From: Balanoglossus misakiensis
Taxonomy: Eukaryota; Animalia; Hemichordata
Direction: 5' to 3'
Assembly (NCBI GenBank): GCA_040954595.2
Contig: CM082582.2
Span: 13,118,327-13,182,326 of the forward strand
Length of the DNA: 64,000 nt
The position numbers were made by a program, and so were the translations under genes. The stretch's first letter is position 1. Each line of letters starts with the position of its first letter. The notes under the pieces were generated by a model, which did not search any database, was not told the origin of the DNA, and saw only the letters and a list, made by a program, of their open reading frames with translations. Of this stretch, positions 42,201-53,640 are shown piece after piece.

Positions 42201-45200
42201 TACCAAACTCATTCATCCAGATCTGAGGTCACCCAAGAATGTGGGATATGTGTGCAGGGATACTTAGAGGGATATCACTCAGGACTATCACAAACCACCT
42301 ATTACTTGTAAATCCAGAAAGAATGTCTTGCTATGACCCTTTTCATCACTTCAAACATTCTACAACTGTTGCCAGGCTAAACATTATGACACAGGTTTTA
42401 AAAATGCTTTATATATCTGTATTTACAAGCTGTAAGTTCTAATATGTAAGAACTTTTGGAGATGCTGATTGACATGGGGAAATACAGCAATGATGAACAA
42501 ACTACACGTACCAGGAATTAAAAAAACTAGAAGAAACTTATAAAGATAAATTGTAAGTACTTTGTATGTTGTAAGTCAAATCACTTGCTAAAACTTCTAG
42601 GGTATCACACATAAGGTATAAGACAAACACTAGTCACTTTTTCACTTAACCGAATGTCATAATTGAGAACAAAATGTTTTATGGTTGTATTAGGTGCTTG
42701 GTTAATGGCATATCACTTGTCTCCCAGGTCTAATTTTACACACCCCCGCCTGAGGGCAGTGGTGAGCACTTTATAAATCTTAAGTTGATTGTGGAAGAAT
42801 ATGAACTCTGCCCTCTATAGGCACAATTGAGGAGTTACAGAATAAGTACTGTTAGTAGGAGTTGCTGATTATCTTTCTCTAACAAATCAACATTATCATA
42901 TTTGGGTTATTATCTATTTTCATTAAAAAGTTACAAATACATTTTCATGTGTGTTAACATCAGCTCAATATTAAAAGTTCCTACCGATGGGAATAATATT
43001 ACTGTGAGACACATTAATTCTTTGCAGTAGAGAATTAACACATGTCATATACTGATGATTTGTGAGACCACTAAGTCAATTTAAGAATGTATAAAAATTC
43101 CTTTGAGTCAGCCTTATGTCACCGCATTGTACGTGAAAAATGGAGACGACATTATCCTTTTTTGAAACTACAAATATTGACATAACATTTAATATTTTCA
43201 ACAGAATGAATTCGACATTAAAATATTTTGCAAGTTTGCAGACTATAATCAATAACCTGTCATAAAATACCACATGTACTTAGATGGAGTCACACAACTG
43301 ACATATGAGGCTGGTAAATTGCCCAACAAACACAAAATCCGGAGCATTCATTGCATTGGCTGCATAGAGATTACTGAGGCCAGTATGAATGTCAAAAATA
43401 ATACAACCATGAATCTGGGTGGACCTTTTGAAGATCACTCAATATTTCATCAAATTTGCATATCACACAAGATTTTTTTTTAAATACAGGTGGTAATGTG
43501 TCTGTGTCAATATATTGCCATCAATTTGGAACTCACTGACACAGATGAAGCTTCACTTGAAGGCTTTTGAAAACAGATTATAAATTTTAATTAAAGAATA
43601 ACAAAACCCGGTTGTGAAAATACTGGTACTAATTTTGGAACATAACACACAGTTGTCATCAGAGAATGCTATCTTTAATTGTACATACAGCTGAAAACAT
43701 CCAGGTCAATGAGACAGTCTGATTGCAGGGTAACATGACTACCAGCAACACTTTCATTGGACAACAACCCTCTCCCCATGCAGTTGAAATGGCTAAGTTT
43801 CATTTCACATTCTGATGAGGTCATTTTGGAGACGTGGCGTGACATACAGTAGCCGTGCTATATAGAGTAGATAATGAGTCGGTATTTACAGATAGCAGGA
43901 CAAATCTATTACAGCCACATACCAGACTGGCAAAATATGTTGCTATTATATTGTCAACAAGAACTCCCATTTTAATTCTTATCAATTTGGTTTCATACTA
44001 AACCTTTTGTACTAGTGACTGTGACTACTGATTTGAAAACTTCCTGCATGCTCAATGCATGCTCCCATCTACGCCTATTTCATACATATGAACAATACCG
44101 TGGTATATTAAAACCTTTTTTTTTTACATTCTCAGTGAGCTGAAAACGTGTGTTACTTTCCTGACCTTAGTGTCTATTTCACACATCATTAATTCACTCA
44201 ACATCACAATTTAACCAGCGCACTGTGGTGCCCGCTGTTTTCCTGTGACTTCAGATATTTCACACATAAAGATTGTGCCTTCTAAATATAGGCTATTTTC
44301 TTGGCAGATAGCCTTTCTGCCTTTTTATGTACAGGAAGTCTGCTTCTGAACACCACAACATATGAAAAAAATTATAGCGACAATTTCTTTCCTTGAAATT
44401 CTATCTGTTGCAACCTTGTAATCACTAATGTGTTCTAAAAATAAATAATCTTTACTTCCATGCAGAAATGAATCTTGCAATTGATCTAAGAGACCTCATC
44501 CTACATTCAAGCAAATAAAGCATTACACCTTGTTAATACAACACAGGTCATAGGTCATAGTTATTTTGGAAACTTCCAACCAACTCTCTTTGTTTGGATA
44601 AAATCATGTGACACCATAAAGTCATGTGATCTTTTTTAATAGTGAGTGCTTTGTTGAACACAGCCCCACAGTTAATATTTAAATAATTTCTGACAATTAA
44701 AACATTTCATGTACACCTGATTTCATTGAAATTTATTCCCAACAGCTCTACATAGTGGTCCAGGAATATTTAAAGGTTGTGTGCTTGTTTACAACTAAGT
44801 TTAATGCACAAAAAATAATAGCAAGGGCATGGTTTCAGGGGCGTATCCCATATGCTACAGTACACTGACCTAATTTATTATAGCTATAAAACATTTTTAA
44901 TTTGACTCAATAGATATGTTAAAATGGATATACAAAGTATGCTAATGGGTAATACAAGTTGATACCTGGTGGGTCAAATTGTCAACTGGAAAAAGTTCAA
45001 ATAACAAAATACTACTGGTATTACTTCTGCTACTACTACTTCTTCCACCAATGATTATAATAATGATAGAGTACTTTTAATTTAGTTACAATATTCAAAG
45101 TTACACTTTCCTTGCATCCTTTGTGAGCACTATTTAATGACATTGAGCCTTTTACATATAAATGGCCCGTATGCAGTGTGTGACATTGGGCATTCTGTAT

Positions 45201-46676
45201 TGTTTGTGGGTGTGACTGCAATTGACATATTTAGACTGACCTGGAATTTGTCCTATTTTACAACTTACAAATGTAAATGGTGATTAAAATGAAAGGTACG
45301 CTAACTGAAACAGAAATTGTCATTACAGGGTATAAATATATGTGAGTTCACCAATTTGGATGACTATGCACCAAGGCTATTTATATTGACCAAGGTCATT
45401 CCGAGTCCTTTCAAATTCATATCACATTTTTGTTGATATTTCAAATTCACCCAAACCATAGAAATGACTAAAAACATTCTCTTCCATCTTATAATGCATA
45501 AATTGATAATGGTTTTACTCAACTGAAGCAAGAAACTATTGGCACAAACCATTTTAAATGTGTGTGTTTTTACTGAGAGTGTCATTAAAGTTTGCACATA
45601 GTAGGGGCAGAGAACATGAATATTTATGTACAATCTTTCCCCTGATACCAGTGAGAAAGGCAGTGCAAAAAGTGGACAAAAATTATTTCTCGATTGTTGT
45701 AACTTAGCAGACATGGTAGAGTAGTCACACACAGTATGAAGTAGTTTGGTCCAGTTATTGTTTATACTAGCTAGTTAGAATGACAGAGGGAGAATATGCA
45801 AATCCTACATACTTGAAACAGACTTGCCAGGAAAGCAAATTATAGAAAATTTAAATGACAATAGAATTGCCAAACTTGCAAGAAAGTTCAAGTTGCACAA
45901 GGATCTGCACTCCAGTTTCCTGCGCATGCCGTGAGGAGAGGACATCTCGAGAGTACCTCTACGAATCTAGTCCGAGTTTATGGACAATTTGAAAGCTTAT
46001 GGAACAGTTGATGTGCAGTTTTGAAATCAACTAGAAGGATTCATCATGTTGCTTGAAGTGGTCCGTCCTGCGCCGGATGGGAATTGCTAAATAAAAAGGA
46101 ATTAGACTCGACGACGTCGATAGACACCCGTACTGTTTTGGAGTCGGACTACACTAGCTCATCCCGGCAACTCATAGGACATTTGCTTAGCTTTATTGTT
46201 CAGCTTTGTATGGAATCCTTGCGGGAAGAATTTCAAGATAATTTTCCACTGTGTTCAGTGGTAACTTGTAAGTTTATTATTTGTTTATATCATTTTATGG
46301 CAGGATTAGACCTGCCAGTCATTGCCAGAGTGTACATCATTCAGTCTGTGAGGAGCAAGTACTAGGCGGAAAAGGCTTTACATAACATTCATTGAAAGTG
46401 TTAGAGAACACGTACGAACAAATCATCAACATGAAATGATGAATATGAAGTTATTTCAAATATAAAGAACGAAATCATTGATTCGTAGTGGTAGCGATTG
46501 CAATCCAAATGAAAAATACAACTCGGGTATTTTCACGATACTACATGCAATATTCTAATAATACACAGATGATAATTCATTTCTGAAATGGAGTTATGCC
46601 TTATGGACTTACCTGCGACGAGTGACAGAGGTAGCAGTACATTATAAAGCAGTTTGCATGCTATGGAGGACGCCAT
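12239..46676 (-). CDS. Piezo: Piezo-type mechanosensitive ion channel; 45 core exons, about 2452 aa, plus optional cassette exons
   Basis: Exons: 46676-46613, 36659-36564, 35303-35184, 34285-33814, 33623-33464, 29768-29478, 29250-28990, 28774-28672, 27863-27655, 27434-27286, 27020-26862, 26679-26582, 26415-26258, 26029-25856, 25695-25591, 25420-25220, 25047-24846, 24678-24586, 24266-24113, 23822-23637, 23333-23176, 23082-22923, 22679-22590, 22484-22411, 20487-20372, 20227-20071, 19305-19105, 18969-18803, 18637-18462, 17863-17786, 17293-17014, 16902-16714, 16404-16212, 16025-15944, 15673-15526, 15360-15146, 14985-14827, 14709-14562, 14439-14251, 14058-13957, 13812-13640, 13419-13294, 13140-13061, 12891-12702, 12491-12239 (sum 7359 nt, divisible by 3). 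Signatures: N-terminal MASSIACKLLYNVLLPLSLVAACIFRYN, GHTGR, AWSITYHSWLTFVMLLWAC, YFFYKFGLE, PFLLELRIIMDWTWTDTTLSL (PFEW motif), C-terminal IMFEELP...LIFLYRSPETMI. Confidence 0.95.
15785..15820. repeat. (TGTGT/TGTGC)n pentanucleotide microsatellite
   Basis: Directly visible. Confidence 0.65.
16078..16147. repeat. Degenerate (AATAC)n pentanucleotide microsatellite
   Basis: Directly visible in a Piezo intron. Confidence 0.65.
18694..18790. mobile_element. Short TTAA-flanked MITE (piggyBac-like ends), copy 1
   Basis: Imperfect terminal inverted repeats ttaatcctttcacc...ggtgaaagggttat; core ccaaaaccattgttttgtatggtaaggt is shared with the copy at 22803-22871. Confidence 0.6.
21160..21198 (-). CDS. 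Piezo cassette micro-exon, 39 nt, phase 1-1 (E-ARQYFMETSSKG-P), at the plug/latch junction
   Basis: tttcaatag|AAGCTCGG...AAAGGAC|gtaagt; frame-preserving between DHWE and AIRSGD. Confidence 0.6.
22803..22871. mobile_element. Short TTAA-flanked MITE, copy 2
   Basis: ttaatcctct...agagggttaa inverted ends; core ccaaacccattgttttctatggtaaggt nearly identical to copy 1. Confidence 0.6.
30487..30514. repeat. (GCACA)n pentanucleotide microsatellite
   Basis: gcacagcacagcacagcacagcacagca. Confidence 0.75.
31031..31048 (-). CDS. Candidate Piezo micro-exon, 18 nt, phase 0-0 (QNPKLK)
   Basis: Pyrimidine-rich acceptor ttttttttaaatcacctgtag| and donor AAG|gttggt; frame-preserving. Confidence 0.3.
31638..31691 (-). 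CDS. Candidate Piezo cassette exon, 54 nt, phase 0-0 (VLSQTIICVGKRYKRRSM)
   Basis: tgtatgcag|GTA...ATG|gtaaga; open and frame-preserving. Confidence 0.45.
32224..32289 (-). CDS. Piezo cassette exon, 66 nt, phase 0-0 (QLLEVTHTRPKKRRRYSSGERE)
   Basis: Acceptor ctctgttgctgtag| and donor GAG|gtacgt; open and frame-preserving between ...QNP and LLVDE... Confidence 0.7.
32341..32589. mobile_element. Tc1/mariner-like MITE with 15-bp perfect TIR
   Basis: CAGTGAGATCCAAGA (32341-32355) and TCTTGGATCTCACTG (32575-32589); left flank TA, right flank CA; internal direct duplication atttgttagtttgacaat. Confidence 0.55.
40888..41167 (-). CDS. Putative alternative first coding exon of Piezo within intron 1 (second TM1 plus about 75-aa extension)
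   Basis: 93 codons + 1 nt ending at a phase-1 donor CAAG|GTTTGT, the same phase as canonical exon 1, so it joins exon 2 as ...PGLFWVLYPFTIFQ-A-CIFRYN. The hydrophobic end parallels KLLYNVLLPLSLVA-A-CIFRYN. The ATG is directly preceded by an acceptor (ctttccaag|G ATG). Confidence 0.65.
41260..41469 (-). promoter_or_regulatory. Candidate internal promoter and 5'UTR exon for the intronic Piezo start
   Basis: Donor CCT|GTAAGT at 41260 gives a 91-nt intron to the acceptor at 41168. NRF1-like TGAGCATGCGCA at 41295-41306; CTCF-consensus CCACCAGGTGGCA at 41457-41469; local CpG enrichment. Confidence 0.45.
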
Positions 46677-47400
46677 TTTCTTCGTATTTCGACTTCTGAA
46701 TGCCTGTTTAGAGGAAACAAAAATGGGGCGGTACTCGTACTGGTTAAATCACTCCGTCGTCCGCTTCACTGCCTACAGAATACACAGACGTACTGTCCCA
46801 GTACAGCAGTAGACTTATCACGGTCACAGTGCACGGTTACAGGCGATCGCCACGCGACGGGTCTGTTTCTTCCTACAAAATCAAATATTGTGAGTCCATA
46901 TTTCTGTCCGTTGAGACCGAAGTACTTATATAAGTCAAAACACTACTTAAACAGTCGCGACCATTCAAGATTTTGAATATTTGGTAACTTTGTCAAAATG
47001 AGTCGTCGTCGTTTGGTGCAGACTACGTCACTTCGCCATTTTGAAAACATCGCTTGGGTCAAAGTTCAAAACTCCTTAGGTTGTGAAGGAAATATACTAC
47101 TGCAATCTGATTTCACGCGCGTTACACCTCTCTACTACACGAGTAAAGATATAATCGCCATAAGAACTAAGGACATACAGATCGAAGAATGTCTTGTACG
47201 CCGATTATCTTTTCCGCTTCGGCGAGTACCTAGTTACTATAGTAACGCAGTGCCAATCACAGCAAGCAGTTTCCAAAAGTGTTAAATAATAGCCACCTGT
47301 TGCACGCGCGCTCTTATCTTTGCGCTTCCAACCCAGCTGCAACTTCGACTCTTCAGAACAATCACAATACTAGTATTTCTTAAGATATAATTTCCATTTA
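46677..47400 (-). promoter_or_regulatory. CpG-enriched promoter/5' region of Piezo
   Basis: Visible CpG enrichment relative to the CpG-poor gene body; YY1-type CGCCATTTT motifs at the ATG (46671-46679) and near 47034. Confidence 0.45.
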
Positions 47401-47814
47401 TAAACGTTTTGCGATATGAGTGACTATCTAAGATCAGGTCGTATAGGCCTAGACATCCCCTGTGGTATTGATGACCACACCCCAGTTTAATAACTGTCTA
47501 TGATGTTCATTTCTTACAGCGCGTATACCTCGACGCGATATCAGAAGAAGAAGACGCCAGATATACTCGCCTCATTGTGGAAATTGGGAGAATTAATTAC
47601 ACCTAGGCCTATACTTCAGCGCTCAACTGACTTTCCAGTAATATGACCAGACGTCCACGAAAATTACACAAGTTTCGCTGAATTCTACAATAAATACGTT
47701 AATATACTGTTTTCTCTTGTTTTTGTCGGTGTTGTCATTTTTGCTTTGCCAACAGTACTGTTGTGCTGTAAAGCCTAAACAACATAATCACTCAACAAAC
47801 GTATTCTCACAAAC

Positions 47815-48087
47815 CTCTTTCGCTCGTCTTAATCTGCGCTTTAACACGACTTTTAAGGCAAGCGTTGATGCTGTCTTCCATCGCTGTCTTCGTTTCCTTC
47901 TGCCGGTAGGGGTAGGTCCATCCTTAAAAGTTACACCAAATTTCCTCTTACTTCCTCCGTCTGTGTCCTCTGATCCAGGTACTGTGGTTTTCTTCACGCT
48001 CGATTGATCCGCACACTCTGAGATTTCGTCGTTCGCCCGTTTTCCTACTTTGTGAATATTTTCTTCTGCCATACTGCAAGTCGCCAT
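47815..48087 (-). CDS. Putative upstream coding exon of a long-N-terminus Piezo isoform; alternatively a stand-alone 99-aa basic ORF (47788-48087)
   Basis: ATG-initiated 91 codons ending at a phase-0 donor GAG|GTTTGT. A strong acceptor (tttttgtttcctctaaacag|GCA at 46703) lies exactly 27 nt upstream of the Piezo ATG, in frame and stop-free (AFRSRNTKK). Confidence 0.55.
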
Positions 48088-49405
48088 TCTACAAATAGTA
48101 TCCTCTGAGTTTTAAGTAAAGTTTAATTTTCAGAAGGATATACCTTCATAACCGCGTTGGCTGAATCAAGACTAAACGCGGATGTTCAAGTCATTCCGGT
48201 ATGACTTGAGTTCAGTCGGAAAGAATCGTCTTCTTGTATTTATACCTGGCACAATTCTGCAAAGAATAAATTGACGCGGAAATATAAATGATTACAGCTG
48301 TCAACGTATCTCAAACACAATTAACGGTACTTCACTTAGGTCTGTTGAATCGTCTAACCACCTGTGTACGTCATGTACACCAAGCTCATCTCGTCACGTA
48401 CCCTCATCTTATAACGTCTGTGAATTTATGGCCAAGTGCTTTCCTACAACGAGAAAGGCGCCCGAAGAAATTATCGACGCATCCAACCACGGACATAAAT
48501 GAAACGATCGCTCTCGCTTTCATTTCTGTAGAGTCGCATACTAAGGAAATGAAATTGTGAGTGGATGAAGGTTTAACTCTACTGGCTTACCCAAATAGGA
48601 ACTTGAAAGTGACGTCTAGTGTGTCTTCCAAAGCGGAGCCGTGTCCTCAAAAGTTTGAAGATGTGTCCAATTCACCTCTCGGCAGACAGAAAGAAAAATT
48701 GATCGACACGTCCTCTTTTTTCTCCGGGAGGAATCACATGACATATTCCAAGCCATTACAAGGTGTAATCACTTCTGACACTGCAAGCTTATGACAACCT
48801 ATTATCTTTTTCATTAGAATTTTGATCGCTACACTACACTCTCTTTCATACCTTTAGTCGCTTCGAGGTTGTCTAAAATTAAGATCTAACTGATACAGAG
48901 ACCACTCGGACATATTGATACACTCGGGATATCACTTTTAATTATCTAATGAAATGTAATTACCGACAAAATTAAATTTCTTCTGTCTCATAAAGCACGA
49001 TTCCTGTTCAGAGAGGGATTGAGAGAGAGGGGGGAGACGGTACTTCGATTAGCGGAAATTTTATGGACTGGTTTCTTTGAAGCTTCATCTATTTTTTTCA
49101 GTAATCGCGCGGGGATTGAGCTCTGTACAGGAACAGTCGAGGGAATTTCATGATCCATGATACACCTTATCCAGTGGCATTCGATGTTTATTAGAGATAT
49201 CCATTTAATTCGGTCAACCGTAATTAAGTCGAATAATTAGATGATTGAAACCTACATATGTCGATAATCCACGAACTTCTACAGGCGCCACACCCACGCA
49301 GCGCCCTCACGCGGCTATGTTGGTTTCATAACCTTTGACCCACCAGTACAACTTTCGACCCAAAATCAAAGGTTCCCATGTAGTCGTGGAATAACAGGTT
49401 TATAC

Positions 49406-50161
49406 ATGACAATTAGAACTTTACAGAAGATCTCTGCCACTCTTTGGCTTTTCCTGGTGCTGATCACGACAAAAGACGTTTGTGGAAGAGAAGATATCAT
49501 CATGTCAGGTTCAAGCTCGACGTCAAAACAGAAACTGACCGGCGACCATTCACTTGGAATTTCCAACACCCAACGTCACTTGAGCATTGCCATCTCCGAT
49601 TTCTTTCTGGCAGTCTCGGCATTCAACGCGGCCTATGTTATTTTTGGAACGGCCAAACTTGGTGCTTTTGGTTTTGCCGTTATTGGCACTGCGGCGACAT
49701 TTGGGGTGTTGCGATTTGCTTCCTCGTCCCCCTCTGACCAGTTGCTTCATCTTCATGATCTGTTCGCGTGGCTGGCGGGGACCATTGGTCTCTCGTTCAT
49801 TGCCGCGGCAGTGTACAGGTCAAATGGTCAGTATTTCATGTCCAGTGCACTCCTGGCTTCGTCTGTAGCCGTCACGGCATTGACCAAAATCCTGGCACCT
49901 AATGTTCAGAATATAGCGGGCCAAGCAGTGAGTGGTGCGGCTGTGGTCTCCATCCTTGTGTTTAGTGTATTGAGGTTCAACCCGTATGGTCTCATCGGTG
50001 CCTTGATGTACGTCGTTTCTGGAATCATCGGAACGAGAGGAACACTGCTTGGTGTGAAAAGAGTCGATTGGTTCCATTATGCTCTTGTGCTGGGCAATGT
50101 AGCGTTGATGAAAGCCTTCCAACAGTATGAACCCCTGATCTTCTATCGACCAAGACACTGA
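49406..50161 (+). CDS. TMEM276: Intronless multi-pass membrane protein, TMEM276-like (251 aa; second Met at 49502)
   Basis: Long uninterrupted GC-richer ORF with about 6-7 hydrophobic segments. Motifs SIAISDFFLAVSAFNAA, AWLAGTIGL...NG, IAGQAV and NPYGLIG resemble, from recall, human TMEM276 (STALSHLVLGVVSLHAA, AWVATVIGL...NG, VAGQAM, NTYGMWG). It lies next to CYHR1, as in human. Confidence 0.75.
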   Translation: MTIRTLQKISATLWLFLVLITTKDVCGREDIIMSGSSSTSKQKLTGDHSLGISNTQRHLSIAISDFFLAVSAFNAAYVIFGTAKLGAFGFAVIGTAATFGVLRFASSSPSDQLLHLHDLFAWLAGTIGLSFIAAAVYRSNGQYFMSSALLASSVAVTALTKILAPNVQNIAGQAVSGAAVVSILVFSVLRFNPYGLIGALMYVVSGIIGTRGTLLGVKRVDWFHYALVLGNVALMKAFQQYEPLIFYRPRH

Positions 50162-53100
50162 TTACGTGTACATTTCACGACAGCACATTGTAATGCAAAT
50201 CCTGGGTGTACCAACGTGTACGATTGTGACCACAAGATGAAGCTGTGATTTGCAAGGCAAATATATACATGATCATCAGTATAAAATAAGTTGGAGGCCA
50301 CACTATAAACCTTTTTAATGGTAGTACACTGCATCCAAACACATTGGATAAATCTGCCTAGACAGACTAGGTCAAGAACATTGAGATTTGACACATCAGA
50401 CCTTGCCTTTAAAATACAACTTTATTCAGCAATTAAAAACCATTAAAATCAACGATAACAATAACATGCAAGTAAACGTGTAGCAAACAAAAATCCATTA
50501 TGCACATAAAAATTGGTGACAGGAAGTGAATCAGTGTAATTCTTGTGCTGCAAAGACATTGGTTGGTGAGAAGTGAACCGTTCATGAAGTGAGCAAAACA
50601 TACTGAATCGCCATGGAAACAGTTCAAATGGACTGCATTTGGCCACTTTGCAGTAATCCAAGTATTTTTGAAGATAAACCAACACCCTGTTTTGGCCTGA
50701 TCTCATCTGGTAAATTTGGATCAGCATATACCATGATACTCATTTTACCATTGGTTTCTGTGGAATGATTTGATATTTCAAGACCTGGAGGCCAAGTGAG
50801 CCTTGATTACAAAAAGGCTCTGAAATGTATCATTTGTCTCAATGAACTTCAAACATGGTAACTGAATTCACAACTGAACACGAAAAAAATTGATTGCTGA
50901 AAACTAACACAATGCTGCTGGATAATAAATAAAATACATTAATATAATTTGTAAATTTAAGATATAATCTGATACTGTAAATTTTCTTAAATCTACCCAT
51001 TACTAGTATTTGCACAATAGAAATTGTAACAATGCAAAACACAACATGATTTTCTAGCTAATAGCTCAATTTCTTTTTCTATCATTGAACAATTACAGGC
51101 AAATCAGGTTGTACACAACATAGAATCAATGGCATATTGAATGCCATATACACCAAGTATGAAAACATTATACCTTAACCACTGCGTACAAATGATTACT
51201 TTGTAAAAATGTTTGAGGGTGTTACAAACAATAAACATAACATTGACGAATGTCAAATGTACACATCATCATAAATGTCTAGGCTCATGGTATATCGAGA
51301 TGTACTTGTTCCCATCTGGAATGTTGTTACAAAAAAAAGCTCATACATATATTCCGTATGTTGCTGGCTTTCAAATGTGACTTGACCTATCTTGTGCAAA
51401 TTAGAACATGTTAAATAAAAAAAATGTTTTAAAATCTTGGACTTGCATACTCACACTACAATATATCATGACCAAAAAATCTCAAATAATGTTAAAATAC
51501 AATACTGGCCAAATTTGCCTCTCAGATAAATTTAATGCCTGGAATAAAATGAAAGTATGCTTGCTGCTTGTGCCACTACAGTGCATGAAGTCTACCTACT
51601 TACTAATCAGTTAGAGATGTAACACCAGATGTATTAAAGCATGCTGCATCATTTTTTTCCAGTGGTCATAGCAGGTGAGAAGTGCCACCACTTTTTGGAG
51701 TGTGGTCCAATCTGGCAGAGTAAATATGATGCCTCTGAACAGCCTGCCCTCTACAGGTCAGTATATGCAGGAGTAATTCATGAATTCTGCCCTCTACAAG
51801 AATTCAAGGTACTAACATACATTGGAGAAACTACAATAGACAATACTACATCTAACAAAATGGTATTGCCTGTGCCATTAATAAAATGGGTTTCTTTTAA
51901 TAATGTAAATATATTGATCATAAATAGAGTTTCCATGATTCTTTCATGTCCGTATCTATTCACGTTGAAATCATTTACAAACACTGGTCATACATGTATA
52001 TGTCTTTGTTCAGTATTTGGGCAAGATACATTTAGATCCTGTAGTGCTGTATCATTATCATCACAGTGTTTGATTCAACATCACAATGTATAACCCTGTC
52101 TCAGGGCAAAAAACACAATATCAACGAGACAATTACATGTATGAAATCTGAAACTTCATTTCAGAGAGTTGTTGGCTTGATATCTGAAAATACCAAACAA
52201 CCCTGTTTCAAAACAATGTAAACTGCCTGTCATCTTGGAAGCCTGTAGTTTTTGCAACCATGTTTTTTATTTTTTTATTTTTATCTTTCAAAAGAAATCT
52301 TTGAATACTTCTTTCAATGCTACATTTGAGCAAGTCTGCGTTGCGTGGGACCATCAGGTGAATCTTCACGAATAGCAACTCTTTTGCAAACACTTAAATG
52401 AAAATACCAGAACATCTTTTTTAAATTCACAACAAAAATGATTAATAATTTTTTCCAATACATGATCCACAGAGATAAATGTGCAATATATCCTAATGCA
52501 TATCCATTCAAACATAGACCATATACCAGTAATACTTTTTAATATCATTATGCACATAATGTTTGTGTTTTAAACTTGTCAAGTCACTACCAAGCTCAAA
52601 GACAAAGCAACGAATCATGATTATGAAATGTATCTTTTGTCTACTTTTTTAAAAACTTGGGCAAGGTTTGTGACAACAATGTTTGAGTCAATTATTTCTG
52701 ATAACTTCAAAAATATTAGAAGTTGACAAATTTCAATTGGAAGTATGTACATTTATGTAAATGTTTCATATGGTCGCTTTGAGTTGAATGGGAATATTAA
52801 CTCTGTATCTGCTCTTGTATTTTCATAATCTAATCCATGTACATAAACAACATCAATTGCTACTTTCAGCATTTGTATTTGCTTTGTGTTTGCCAACATA
52901 GCATTGATGGTGAGTGATGTGTTAAGGAATGAGACAGATTTGCAATATACACAGGTATTACTCGCTGCATCTAGAAACAGACATGCAGAAAGTGAAAAAA
53001 TGTTACAAATGCAGCCAACTTTAAAGACCACTTTAAGACGAACAAACGACATCTGTGCTGGCAATGTTATCCAATAAGCAACAAAAAAACAGTTTATTTT

Positions 53101-53279
53101 ATATAGGTCTGAATGACCACATCCCTACCCCTAATGCATTGTAAGTTGGATTTGCAACCCTCTCATTATGCATTCGGACCAGATTTTTCAAGACTTTCCC
53201 ATGGTTGATCACACAATCAGGACCACGACAACTCCATGCCAGGAAGTTGCTTGACCATAAATCTTCTCGAAATGCACAT

Positions 53280-53410
53280 GGACTGGCTGACCAAAACCTT
53301 CCCACAATACATTGGCGCAGGGACTGGCTGATGAAAACCTTCCCACAATGCATGGAGGCAAGATAAACCAAATGTCCCCAACATGCAAGAGACTGGTTGG
53401 GCACACCTTT
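53280..53410. repeat. About 41-bp tandem repeat (2 good copies plus a degenerate one) in the CYHR1 3'UTR
   Basis: ggactggctga....aaccttcccacaat.cat at 53280 and 53321; partial copy at 53391. Confidence 0.7.
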
Positions 53411-53640
53411 CCTGTATTGCACCTGTGTGCAGTGCTTCCCTGAATGAATCAAAATTGGCACAGTAAAACAAGTTTGGGAAATGTTACAATCTTTACATTT
53501 TGTCTCAATTTTCATAAATCTTCAGTTTTAATGGACCTTATTTGAATATATTAATACAATGCGCTATTAAGTGTTCGATTAAAACAATGTTAAATTAAAA
53601 GACCAAAAAAGCATGCATGTTCTTGATGTTTGTATCTTCG

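Noticed and set aside
51641-53515. ORFs of 100-150 aa between the TMEM276-like gene and CYHR1
   Set aside because: No recognisable motifs, AT-rich UTR-like composition, and partly generated by a tandem repeat.
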